Part shown: positions 28,461-38,720 of the stretch, one piece after another
Numbering within the stretch: position 1 is the stretch's first letter
Layout: each line of letters opens with the position of its first letter
IMG/VR virus record: IMGVR_UViG_3300020154_000115
Length of the DNA stretch: 64,000 bases
Direction: 5' to 3' (one strand)
Source: a virus
The notes under the pieces: model-generated
Told to the model about the DNA's origin: nothing
The model's database searches: none
The model's input: only the letters and a program-made list of their open reading frames with translations
Made by a program: the position numbers and the translations under genes

Positions 28461-30713
28461 TTATGCGCTTTCTAAGAATTCAAGCAGATTCCATTGCCAG
28501 TTTCTAACTGGGGATCCCGTGCCAGAGCACCATGCTTCAATCTCTATCTCGTTAGATTCATTAGGTGATACCCAGTCAAATTCCATAAAGCGAAAAGTAT
28601 TAGTCTCCGAGAACTGAACTATAGTTTCATCACCCTGCACCCTTACAGTGGCTTCAGATTTATCATTATAATTTCCGGATCCAAAACCGTGATAGACTGT
28701 TATTTTGTATTGCTTTGAAGGATTGAGAGCTTGAAGAGTCATCTTACCTGGACTTCCCGACGTTGCTACATTACCTTGAATCCGTAACCCGTCGAAATTG
28801 TGAGTTTTCTCAAACCCTGAAAACTTATGGTTGCACCTTGCTGCTGTGTTGATCCGATCTGCAGGAGCAGAGGCAAACTGAGTGTTGATGAGCAAATCAT
28901 ATGGAGATGCGGCGTTGGTATCATCTGACAGATTGGTAAAGGATGAGAACGCAGATCCGGAACTCATGTTCATCGTTCTGCCAACAGTATGATCTGTTGT
29001 TAATGTGCTCCCAAAATCAACTATGAACCGACGTCCTCCACCATCAATCACCAACTTTAAATTTGTTAACCTTGTCTCAAGGTCTGTTTTGGTTGATCCG
29101 GCTGATAATCTTCTTACCTGTTGTTTTGCAAATCTCCAGTTTTGAATAGTGGGTCGCGTCTCTGCATAATCAACATGAAGTGTTGCATTTTCCTCAACGT
29201 CCTGGCTAAGCCTCCATAGCCATTCAACAAAGTCAAACAGCGCCGTTCCATTCCCATCAGTGCGATATTGTCTGCTGTAACAGTTCGTGTTCCATAAAGT
29301 AGAATTATGGCCATTGACCAGAACATTTCCCCAAATAGCCAATGTTTCCGGAGCAACAGTATAATTTAATGCTTGTGTGCTATTTAATACCGATTGATTT
29401 GGTATCGTCGCCGTAGTATCATTGGTGGCGGCGACCCATAACATCGGCGTATTGATATAATCAGACCATGTGTGGCCACTGCCAAGATCACTCGCTACAA
29501 TCACATGCCCTGCACTGCCTGGAACTTCAATCTCTGTTACGCCATCCGACAACGTCAATGTTCGTGTTTGATTCCTGTCTCGGAGAATTGTCCTACATAT
29601 AAACCCACCTCGTGACAAGCCGGTGTCATAAATCCGATTAAGGTTAATGCCAAATTCCTCATACGCAAATACAATCAGATCATCATAATCAGCGTCTACC
29701 AAAAAATCATTTGCCGTTATCTGAGGGTAAAGGAAAATGCCCTGAGTTGGCTGATCGAATCCGCGATTGACATAGTATGGATGGCCTGCCTCAAAAAGAT
29801 CGCTGTGCTGGTACGAAATTGTTATTGATGCTCCATTTGCTGGCGGTGTATCAAATAATAAACTGAACGAACCATTGGTGGACGAAACATCCATCGTGCC
29901 GGAAACGCCATCGCCTTCAATTGTTCCTCCAATCTTTCCTCTTGCAACTTCAACACCGGCAACCTTAATAACCACTGAAGTGGAAAGAACATCTTCCACA
30001 CCATTTGCAAAATTACCTCCAAACGTTGTGTCGGATCCATCGCCAGTCCCGACACTCAGATCTGTATCCGTACTAACAACTCCTTTTCCTCCATCTCCAT
30101 GATAAACGATATAGAGAGGAAGATTTGTTAAATCAGCTAACGGAGGAATATACACGAGTACATCCTTCATGCTTCCAGCACTATTGAATTTGGTAAAATA
30201 CAATTGTGCTTCCGGTTGTGGCCCTGGGCCGGATTCATAAATAACTGTTGGAGATAATCCAAGGATCAATCCCTGTCCCAACCCAATTGATTTTAAAATT
30301 CTTCTGTCGGGTGACAGTCCGTATAACTGAGTAATCCCTAATGAAGATAAATACCGTAGGTTTTTCAATGGACTTAAACCATTGACTGAAGTATACACCG
30401 GCTGTCTACTAGACACCATTCTCTTTGTTGAATTGATACCACTAATCGAAGCGGATGCAATAGAAGCTGTTAATGATATGTTTTTAGATACAGCCAACGC
30501 GCTCAGATTCAATTCTCCAACGCCAACATTTACAATTGTTGTTTCCTGGCTTTGGAGTTGCGGAGAAATTGCATCCACTGACAATTCTGTCGCAGACACA
30601 ATTATAACTTGCGTTTTAGTAGAGTCAAGTCCGGCTAAACTTAATGAAGCAACCCCCACAGGCACAATATGGCCTGACGAATGAATTGTTGACATTAATA
30701 AGCTACGACTCAT
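28461..30713 (-). CDS. Chimeric tail protein with serine-hydrolase domain
   Basis: Ser/Thr-rich repeat N-terminus; LYIVYHGDG, GLSRGG, NGHNST; C-terminal beta domain (LNPSKQYKIT..VSPNESNEIEI). Confidence 0.7.
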   Translation of the reverse strand: MSRSLLMSTIHSSGHIVPVGVASLSLAGLDSTKTQVIIVSATELSVDAISPQLQSQETTIVNVGVGELNLSALAVSKNISLTASIASASISGINSTKRMVSSRQPVYTSVNGLSPLKNLRYLSSLGITQLYGLSPDRRILKSIGLGQGLILGLSPTVIYESGPGPQPEAQLYFTKFNSAGSMKDVLVYIPPLADLTNLPLYIVYHGDGGKGVVSTDTDLSVGTGDGSDTTFGGNFANGVEDVLSTSVVIKVAGVEVARGKIGGTIEGDGVSGTMDVSSTNGSFSLLFDTPPANGASITISYQHSDLFEAGHPYYVNRGFDQPTQGIFLYPQITANDFLVDADYDDLIVFAYEEFGINLNRIYDTGLSRGGFICRTILRDRNQTRTLTLSDGVTEIEVPGSAGHVIVASDLGSGHTWSDYINTPMLWVAATNDTTATIPNQSVLNSTQALNYTVAPETLAIWGNVLVNGHNSTLWNTNCYSRQYRTDGNGTALFDFVEWLWRLSQDVEENATLHVDYAETRPTIQNWRFAKQQVRRLSAGSTKTDLETRLTNLKLVIDGGGRRFIVDFGSTLTTDHTVGRTMNMSSGSAFSSFTNLSDDTNAASPYDLLINTQFASAPADRINTAARCNHKFSGFEKTHNFDGLRIQGNVATSGSPGKMTLQALNPSKQYKITVYHGFGSGNYNDKSEATVRVQGDETIVQFSETNTFRFMEFDWVSPNESNEIEIEAWCSGTGSPVRNWQWNLLEFLESA

Positions 30714-32548
30714 GATTGAACCTGGCTAATTGTATAAAGGATTGTGGTTGAATTAAAATACTCGCAGATAATAAAATTGTCTACGTTGGTTACGTAAGAA
30801 CCATTGAGCCTCTTGAATTCTGAAGGCCATGCCGGCTCCTCATCATCGTTATGACGAATGGTTTGAGATATCCTTTTTCCATTAACAACCGACACGGTTA
30901 ATGGTCCTGTAAGCGCAGCTTCTACTCCATAACTACGAAGACGGTCAAAGGTGATTTCATTTGATTCTGTCGCGAGAGCGCCAATTTCATTCCAGGCTTC
31001 TGGAAGCAACAGGTTAAAACCGAGAAATTTCTGTTGCTTGTATCCATAGATCTTGAAATAATTTTCAAGAAAGTTAAACGTAATTGGGCTGTTCGGCCTG
31101 CCTAAAAAGGCCTCTGGTGAGGTTAATTGAAAACCATCAATGTTGTCGAATTTTACTGAACTCAGTGGAAATTGAGGTAGCAACAATTTTACTATCCCCT
31201 GAGCAAAACGCCCTCCTGATATGACGCGTATAACAAAATCATCAGACGTGATGTCGAGAAACAGGCTTTCTTTAGGTTCTAAAAAGCGATCAATCGCTAC
31301 GGAGTTGAATGCTGAAAAAGTGTGTTGTGTTCCGGTGTCTGTAGTTAGATTAAAAATAAGTAACGCCTTACCATTGTCACCCAGGATATAAAGGTTGTCT
31401 CCTCTTTTCTGGACTGTTCCCATGAATGAAAATAAATCATACACCTCATCGAGCAGCTCCCCATGATTAGTCACATAATTGTATTTCCATATCTTCCCAG
31501 TAAGTAACCCGATATAAATATAGTCGCCATGTTCAACCGCTACCTTAAAAGTACTTGTCCCGGGAGCGTCCCCTGTGTAATTGGCTGTTGAGTTATTGAT
31601 CCTTGTGTTAACATTTGTTGATGGATTAAAGCAATTTAATCCGCTATTTCCTCCAAAATAAAAATTACCATCATTGGCTTCTATTAAAAAACTTGTAGAG
31701 AGTAAATAAATGAGGTCTCCTGTATAGTTTTCCTCCGAATTATGGGCTGAAAAGTATGTCTGCTCCTCCGTTTCAAGATTGAGCACACCAATTCCGGTTG
31801 AATGAGTAAACACAATAGAGCTTTCATCACTGGTTAAGATAAAATTTCCTATGATCGAACCCAGCAGACTTATTTTTGAGGATGTCTTATTTACTACATC
31901 AAATTTGTATAACTGCGAACTGTTAGCGAAGATGTAGAGATTATCACCTACCCGGATGGCATTTGTAAACCTTCCATCAGTTGCGTCCGGAAATACCTCT
32001 CCAGTATAATTTTCAGAATCGAAAGAGAACTTCTCAAACTGGCCAATGCCATTGTTTAATTCGTAATACATCCTGAAAATACATGGCTCACATTTAATAC
32101 CCTGTATTTCGTCAGCATCAAAAATAAACCACTCCTCTAAAATGCCATTTACTTCATCGTTGATTGTTTGAAAAACATCAACAAACCCATTTGTTTTTAA
32201 TCTGTCTTTGACAATCTCTTCTCCGGAAAAGACCAGAAGCCCGGCCAACGTACCTATATCCTCTGATAACTTGTCGGGAGAAAGTACATCTACGAAAAAT
32301 TGTTGAGTAAGCCTGAACTTATCGCTAGGAGTTGAATAATTTAACCCTGGTGTTTTCTGGATTAAGTCGTCATCACCGGTGCCGTTCTTCCACCAGTATT
32401 CAGTGTCCACAATGATTACCGTTCTTTTTTCCCGAACCGCTTCAGGCACAGCTGCATTCGCTGCGGCAACAGATTCATAAGGTCCAGTCCATTCACTATC
32501 GGGACCTGAGGTAAGCCTCTTTAGGCCAAATGGTATTTCTAAGCTCAT
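30710..32548 (-). CDS. Tail appendage protein with beta-propeller-like repeats
   Basis: Repeated GDNLYI/GDYIYI/GDNLYILG blades; short N-terminal docking-type domain. Confidence 0.6.
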   Translation of the reverse strand: MSLEIPFGLKRLTSGPDSEWTGPYESVAAANAAVPEAVREKRTVIIVDTEYWWKNGTGDDDLIQKTPGLNYSTPSDKFRLTQQFFVDVLSPDKLSEDIGTLAGLLVFSGEEIVKDRLKTNGFVDVFQTINDEVNGILEEWFIFDADEIQGIKCEPCIFRMYYELNNGIGQFEKFSFDSENYTGEVFPDATDGRFTNAIRVGDNLYIFANSSQLYKFDVVNKTSSKISLLGSIIGNFILTSDESSIVFTHSTGIGVLNLETEEQTYFSAHNSEENYTGDLIYLLSTSFLIEANDGNFYFGGNSGLNCFNPSTNVNTRINNSTANYTGDAPGTSTFKVAVEHGDYIYIGLLTGKIWKYNYVTNHGELLDEVYDLFSFMGTVQKRGDNLYILGDNGKALLIFNLTTDTGTQHTFSAFNSVAIDRFLEPKESLFLDITSDDFVIRVISGGRFAQGIVKLLLPQFPLSSVKFDNIDGFQLTSPEAFLGRPNSPITFNFLENYFKIYGYKQQKFLGFNLLLPEAWNEIGALATESNEITFDRLRSYGVEAALTGPLTVSVVNGKRISQTIRHNDDEEPAWPSEFKRLNGSYVTNVDNFIICEYFNSTTILYTISQVQS

Positions 32549-34791
32549 GATGCTGTTGTAATTTGATGTCGATGATTTGATGAATAAGGAACTCCGACAG
32601 TCATCTGATAGATGTTATAGGCCCTATTGGCCCCCCCTGCATCAACCAAGTCGATGGTTCCGGTCAGAACATAAGATGAAGTGATATCGGCATTTAAGGC
32701 GTCGAGATCAACGACAGAGGATATGGTAACTCCTGGAGGCAACGCCACAAGGAATTTCGTTTGTGCTGTCCCTGTCTGTAAATTGAAAGTGGAGGCTCCT
32801 GTATGATAAGCGCTATTCAATGGTCTTAAATCGTCTGAATCTTCCGGAAACTCCGATACGGGACTAAAAAACCGATAGAATCTAGCAGTGATCGTGAAAA
32901 TTAAAGAGTCAATATCTTGCTCTGTAGTTTCATCATGCAGGATGCCCTTAAACTGTTGTGTGGCTCCGTTTATATTCAATTGAATTGGAGTGACCTCTAC
33001 TGCCTGACTTCCGTCATTTGCAGTGTCATTAAGGAGGATTGTCCCCGCAGTAACATCAAAAATATCAATGAAGTCCACATCGCCACTATTCTCATTAATT
33101 CCCCATGTGAAAGTTTTGCTCCCTGAGATCGTAGCACCAACCTCCACAGTTACTGCCTGACCTGAAATTGAAAATGATGTGAAGGCTGGATTCTTATATT
33201 TGTTCAGCGCGTCAAGTATAACCTGAACGGCAGTCTTCCCACTTGATGGTATAACATCACCATTCTTGTACTTCCCAAAATTTTCACCAGTATCCAATAC
33301 AACTGTCGTATCAGAAGCAAACAGTGTTGATCCGCCGGTACCTGGAGGACCTTGCCATGGTAACTCAGAACTCCAATGCCCAGATGCGTCGGATAGTTTT
33401 TGATAAATCGTCTGAGGAGACACATCGTTTCGAAGAAAGGTGAATCCCTTTAGTTGATCATCATATGCTCCTCTGTTGGCAAGAGAGTCTACAGCTCCAA
33501 TAACAGGTCCGGAACCGGGAGGTCCCGCTGGACCAAGAATGTTGATGGCAAGATCTGGAGTGAGGGTATAACCATTCAATCCTAAATACCATCTGATTGG
33601 GTTTGGTGGATTCGTACCTGGATTAAGTACTGGCTTACTGCCTGATCCCCCTGTCCAATCAATTAATTCTAATACACTCTTTGTGGTGCTAAGTTGAGTT
33701 ACGGCTAATACTGGAGCCCATCCATTATCACCTAAGAACTTAATACCATTATTCCACCCTGCTGGAACTGTAGCATCCCCGCCACCGGGATTTCTGAAAT
33801 ACAGATATCCGGTATCTTCTTCGAGGAAAGTAAAATTCTCATCCTCTTCATTGTATGCAGCTGAAAACCGATCATTCGAATCTCCTCTTGCTGCAACCAG
33901 GAAAGGATCACCTTGCTCACCAGTGTCCCCTTTTATCGATCCAAGGCTTTGCCACACCTCTTCATCAGAATACCTCCACTCAAGGTCGTCTCCATTGCGC
34001 TGTAAAACGATCTCTCTTGCATCATCTGAAGCTAGGGCCAAAATCTGATTATTGATCGAATTAAGCACAGACGCCAATCCAGATACATTGGCAATTGAAT
34101 GCGTGTGCCCGGTTTGAGAATACGCGGCTAATATTGTTGTTAAATCGGCACTGCTGATTTTAGCATTCCAGTTCGTCCGGTCCTCAGTGCTTACGTGTAC
34201 TCCCGTGCCTCCAATGCTGTTAAAATGCGTTAACAATGATTGTATTCGAGTTAAATCATCAGTCGTCAAAGCATTTAACACAACGCTGTTAGAATGCGTG
34301 TGAAGCCTGATATCATCCGTATAAACAACTTCATCCAAAAAGCCAGGAGGCAGTATGTCATCCGGACCAACTTGATTGTCTTCAAGTGCCGTAATTCTTG
34401 CGCTTAGGTTCGTGTCTGCCGCTATGCGTGCAAGAATTTCTGCAGCCAGATCAGTAGCCGTTGCGTAACTCCCGGATGGAACGTTTAGATTCTCAATGAT
34501 CGGCATTGAGAATGAAATGTAATTTTCTGCTAAGACCTTATTAAGCTCAAGCCAGTAATTGAAAAAATCAATTGTATCGCTAACCTGCCTTTCTGTTAAT
34601 CCTCCGTAAGCAGAATCTTGCAATAAGTCTATGAAGTCGTAAGTCTCCGAAGCTTTCAATAATAAGTCGTCACTGCGATCGCTTTGATATCCCGAGTAAT
34701 CAAACTCTCCAATAAGTTCCTTTTGAAGGGCCCGGACTTTTGTTCGTGCTTTAGCTACGAATTCAGAAATTTTAGTTGTTAACGTTGCCAT
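32545..34791 (-). CDS. Tail fibre protein with collagen-like segments
   Basis: G-x-y runs (KGDTGEQGD, GPAGPPG, QGPPG); C-terminal Ig-like plus small domain. Confidence 0.7.
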   Translation of the reverse strand: MATLTTKISEFVAKARTKVRALQKELIGEFDYSGYQSDRSDDLLLKASETYDFIDLLQDSAYGGLTERQVSDTIDFFNYWLELNKVLAENYISFSMPIIENLNVPSGSYATATDLAAEILARIAADTNLSARITALEDNQVGPDDILPPGFLDEVVYTDDIRLHTHSNSVVLNALTTDDLTRIQSLLTHFNSIGGTGVHVSTEDRTNWNAKISSADLTTILAAYSQTGHTHSIANVSGLASVLNSINNQILALASDDAREIVLQRNGDDLEWRYSDEEVWQSLGSIKGDTGEQGDPFLVAARGDSNDRFSAAYNEEDENFTFLEEDTGYLYFRNPGGGDATVPAGWNNGIKFLGDNGWAPVLAVTQLSTTKSVLELIDWTGGSGSKPVLNPGTNPPNPIRWYLGLNGYTLTPDLAINILGPAGPPGSGPVIGAVDSLANRGAYDDQLKGFTFLRNDVSPQTIYQKLSDASGHWSSELPWQGPPGTGGSTLFASDTTVVLDTGENFGKYKNGDVIPSSGKTAVQVILDALNKYKNPAFTSFSISGQAVTVEVGATISGSKTFTWGINENSGDVDFIDIFDVTAGTILLNDTANDGSQAVEVTPIQLNINGATQQFKGILHDETTEQDIDSLIFTITARFYRFFSPVSEFPEDSDDLRPLNSAYHTGASTFNLQTGTAQTKFLVALPPGVTISSVVDLDALNADITSSYVLTGTIDLVDAGGANRAYNIYQMTVGVPYSSNHRHQITTAS

Positions 34792-37700
34792 CTAAATTCC
34801 CCATGCTTCAATGAAACCACTATTACGATAAGAAGCCCCTCCTGCAACTCTTTCAGCTGAAAGGTATATTGTCATAAATTCATTTGCAGGAACCGAAATC
34901 ATGGCCTCGACAGGAATTACCCTTCCTCGAAAATCAGATCCTTGAATTTCAGTCACTCCAACTTTGTTCTCATCTGCCGTCGTCAAAGAGATCGAGGTCC
35001 AGTCAGAATCAGGATTGTCTCCCGGTTTGTATCTAATCCGAACTAGTATAAGTGCTGGATCCCCGGTTGTTGAAAACTTCACAAAGCCCACGGTAGCAAA
35101 GACTCTAAACATGCGTGAGGCATTGTGGGTGTTTTGAAATGTCAATCGTCTAATAAAAACATGGCCTGACGATTCCGACATTGCTACAGTTGGAAGCGTA
35201 GCGCGTAGGCCGCTAAAAGCATATTGCTGTGGCCTCATGTTGGTACTTGGACCTGACGGACCACGCTTGTCAACAGCATTCGCTAACGTGGTTAATCCGG
35301 TTGACCCAACATAAGAAGAATCAGTATTCGCCGCAGGTTTGGTCCCTTGTCCACCAACCCAATCAATAACTTTTTCAACTACCCTTTGGTTATCAACTAT
35401 GTTTGCTATAATAGGACTCCAACCATTATTTCCTGATACCGCAGGAGGTGGAGTGTCCCCATTCACGCGATTTGGATCTCCGTATGAAGATGATAATGGA
35501 TTGTAGTTAACTCTTGTTAGAGTGGCCGGGTCTGCAGCAACGTCTGTTCTTAATAAGAAAAACGCAGAGCACATATAAGTTGCATCCTGACCACCGGTGC
35601 GTGCAGTTTGGCTTATTGTCCATCCAGTAGGAATAAGGGATCCTGTGCTAGGTATTGCCGGGGCAGTTGGAATACCATCAACTGACTCTTCAACATTTTT
35701 AAAAATGAATAAGTTAATGCCTCCGTTAGGCCTGGCTGATTCTGACCTTAATCTTATCTCGCCTCCCCATACACCGTTTTCCCGAATAATACAAAACCAA
35801 GCATTTGTTCCGGATTCAAAGTAATTAATATTAAGGGCCAGTACTTCTGACTTAGTTAAGGTTCGTGGTGTAAAGTCTGTCGGGTTTCCAGGATCAGATG
35901 ATCCGTTGCCCCAATATAGAATTTCTAATCCGACAGCATCCGCGAGATCAGTTAATGTGACGCGATCCTCTCTTGTAATCTCTCCAAATTGAGCAACCAC
36001 CTTAAGTACGGCATATGTCGAAATACTTGAGCCCGAAATGTAAGCCGATGCCGCCTCTACATCACTGGTCCCTAAAGTGGTTCCATCACTCTTTTTAATT
36101 CCATTGGTAATAGCAGCTCCTGTTGAGTCAAGGAGTGTCCATTTGAAAGACACATCGGTTGTATCAAGAACGCCTCCTTTGATGAACTGTCCATCAAACT
36201 TGTAAAGCCCGGTGTGGTTTCTAAACGTGTTCCCATGGACAGATAAAATATCAGCAACAAACGCACTTGCGTCATCTTTCGCATCACGTAAAAGGATGTT
36301 GGCCGAATATGGTGCACTTGGATTTGATGTGTGTGAAATTTCTGTCGTGTACTGCTGCGACGTGTTTATCCCTAACGGAAAAACCTTTAAAGACTTGCCA
36401 TCAGCACTCACCTGGTGATAGGCATTAAAGTTAACACCAAGGTTTATCGCGTACCGCGTGTCTTCATCAAACACTATTTCGGTAGTTCCTCTAAACCATT
36501 TCACCTCAGTGAATCCTGTGGTAAGCTCAGTTACTCCCTTGAATAATTTCGCGGTGATATCGATAGAAGCAATGTTGTCTTCGAGGTTTCCTGATGAGTT
36601 TCTTACCTCATAAAATATGTCACCGGGAGTAGCGTCGAGCACGGCCAGGATTGCATCTAAACCATCAAACCTCCGAGGGAAAGACCATGCCGTTTTAAAT
36701 GAGCCGTCTGAATATTTCGTACACTTACTCATATACAGGATATGAGTGTCACGGTTATAATCAGGCGAAGCATCACTCCAGTCGTTTGGACTTGCTCCTC
36801 CTACAGGAATAGGCAGTGTCGGGATGGAGCTGGTTAAGTCACCTTGAGTAACTCCTATCGGAAATGCCTTAAATACAAAATCGTCAAACTCACCACTTTC
36901 CTGATCAATCTTACTGATTGTCCAATTCGATGATGATGAACTGGTCCTGCTGGCCATGTGAGTGTCAAGGCCGGGAGTATAGTATCCCCTCCAGAATGTA
37001 TCGTTTAAGAAATCGGTATTACCAGGTGTGTTTCCATAACGAACCAGGATAGGATCATCACTCACCAGGATAGGAATATCCCACTCTGATTTAAGGATTC
37101 CGTAAGGGTTTCTTAACGATTGTGAGCGGTATAAATTTTCGGTTAATATCCTGGTTTCATAATCATCACCAGGAGTTGTTAACCATCCTGTTGGCAATTG
37201 TAGATAGTCAGCAGGTTGTATTGGTCTGCCTGGGGCTGGATCATTTTTATCAACCCAACGAAAGATAACATCGATATACTGGTTGGCTTCATAGTCCCCA
37301 CCCGCTGAAAGAGAAACTGGAATGCCCCATGGCAATGTAGATCCGGATCTTTGTCTGAACCACACATGGTTCAGCGTTGGATCAAATTCATTAGCCCATA
37401 TTATGTCAGACGTGTTGCCACCGGTATACGCCGCATCAGTTGGATACCCAGCCTGATAAGCTTCAGAGGAAATTTCAGTTGGAAGGAATTTTGGCCGCTT
37501 ACCTTCAAAGCTTGGTGCATATTGGGTTTCAATTGTGCCCTCGAAATTGCTTTGACCTTGCGGTACCGGTATCCAGTAATCTGAGAGAACATATCCGGAA
37601 ACTTCATTAACCCTGGTGTTCTCAGGGGGCATCTGTCTCAGGTAGTACTTTGTCCTGGGATGAATGGTCCCTCCTGACAGCGCATGTTCCGAAACAATTA

Positions 37701-37899
37701 CCTCCATGTCCTTGGCCAGATTGGAGTAAGGGATATCAGCGAGTGCCTCCAGTGTCGGTACCGGATAAGTTGCCGCCTTAATTGTCCGTGCATCTGCAAC
37801 AGGAAAATCCTCTGACGTGGGCCATATGGTACCTCCAAAAGGCGTAATGCCCACAAGGGCATTTTTAATTGAAGTCAGTAAATTACCAAATGCTCCCAT
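34792..37899 (-). CDS. Large tail fibre/hub protein
   Basis: 1035 aa; repeated P..W..P..GW..TP motifs, Ig-like modules, GPSGP. Confidence 0.65.
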   Translation of the reverse strand: MGAFGNLLTSIKNALVGITPFGGTIWPTSEDFPVADARTIKAATYPVPTLEALADIPYSNLAKDMEVIVSEHALSGGTIHPRTKYYLRQMPPENTRVNEVSGYVLSDYWIPVPQGQSNFEGTIETQYAPSFEGKRPKFLPTEISSEAYQAGYPTDAAYTGGNTSDIIWANEFDPTLNHVWFRQRSGSTLPWGIPVSLSAGGDYEANQYIDVIFRWVDKNDPAPGRPIQPADYLQLPTGWLTTPGDDYETRILTENLYRSQSLRNPYGILKSEWDIPILVSDDPILVRYGNTPGNTDFLNDTFWRGYYTPGLDTHMASRTSSSSSNWTISKIDQESGEFDDFVFKAFPIGVTQGDLTSSIPTLPIPVGGASPNDWSDASPDYNRDTHILYMSKCTKYSDGSFKTAWSFPRRFDGLDAILAVLDATPGDIFYEVRNSSGNLEDNIASIDITAKLFKGVTELTTGFTEVKWFRGTTEIVFDEDTRYAINLGVNFNAYHQVSADGKSLKVFPLGINTSQQYTTEISHTSNPSAPYSANILLRDAKDDASAFVADILSVHGNTFRNHTGLYKFDGQFIKGGVLDTTDVSFKWTLLDSTGAAITNGIKKSDGTTLGTSDVEAASAYISGSSISTYAVLKVVAQFGEITREDRVTLTDLADAVGLEILYWGNGSSDPGNPTDFTPRTLTKSEVLALNINYFESGTNAWFCIIRENGVWGGEIRLRSESARPNGGINLFIFKNVEESVDGIPTAPAIPSTGSLIPTGWTISQTARTGGQDATYMCSAFFLLRTDVAADPATLTRVNYNPLSSSYGDPNRVNGDTPPPAVSGNNGWSPIIANIVDNQRVVEKVIDWVGGQGTKPAANTDSSYVGSTGLTTLANAVDKRGPSGPSTNMRPQQYAFSGLRATLPTVAMSESSGHVFIRRLTFQNTHNASRMFRVFATVGFVKFSTTGDPALILVRIRYKPGDNPDSDWTSISLTTADENKVGVTEIQGSDFRGRVIPVEAMISVPANEFMTIYLSAERVAGGASYRNSGFIEAWGI

Positions 37900-38720
37900 T
37901 ATGAAAGTGTAATTAAGTAGGTCCCAGGATCGAGTTTATTTGCAGTGCGTTTCACCCAGCAAGAGATGATAAGAGTTTCATCGTGGATGTTGGTTACATC
38001 AACACTGGCGAGATCCAATAGTGGCAATGTCAGACCATTTAGAATCGCTCCTGCGATTCCCTGTGTTCCTACAGGTCCGCACCAATAAATGTATTTCGCT
38101 GTTAATGGTGAGCTTGGAATGACATAAGATTTTTGTCCGCCGTATTGCTGAATGATGTTGTCATTCAGTGTTTTCGCAACCAATGCTTTTATCTGCGTTT
38201 CTGTAAGTAACGCATCGCTTGCATATCCGCGATAAAAGGCATGTTTAACAGGCACTCCGGAGCTTACAATAGTGCTGTTGCCTTGATTATCAATTGCGGA
38301 TAAAATATGATTCTCCGCTACACCAGGAGTAGTTCTTTTTACATTCTCTTTCTCGAAAGTAAAAGGTGCTGTAAGATCCAATCCTTCCGGATCTGGACTG
38401 ATAGACCGACTTGAAATTGTATGAGTTCCCGCCGTTATGCTTCCGGAGAAAACCACTGACTCCTTCGTTTCGCCAACCTCCAGTGTGCCGGCATCATTGG
38501 TCAATATCACAATAGGCTTAACCAGATTGTAGTCATCGATCTCGAAAACCTTCTTACCGGCCTCATTGAGTTCGCTAACTTTAATCGGCACATCCAGACC
38601 AGGTGCAGTCCGGACAATTATAGATTCAGCTGGATTTAATGGATTGACAGAAGGAACACCTGATTGCCCCGATCCACAAGAACAGCTTCCTGATGCCGTT
38701 GGCAGTGATATGTTACTCAT
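37899..38720 (-). CDS. Tail appendage protein (Ig-like plus C-terminal domain)
   Basis: TLEVGET.. Ig-like segment; architecture shared with the C-terminus of 32545..34791. Confidence 0.6.
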   Translation of the reverse strand: MSNISLPTASGSCSCGSGQSGVPSVNPLNPAESIIVRTAPGLDVPIKVSELNEAGKKVFEIDDYNLVKPIVILTNDAGTLEVGETKESVVFSGSITAGTHTISSRSISPDPEGLDLTAPFTFEKENVKRTTPGVAENHILSAIDNQGNSTIVSSGVPVKHAFYRGYASDALLTETQIKALVAKTLNDNIIQQYGGQKSYVIPSSPLTAKYIYWCGPVGTQGIAGAILNGLTLPLLDLASVDVTNIHDETLIISCWVKRTANKLDPGTYLITLS

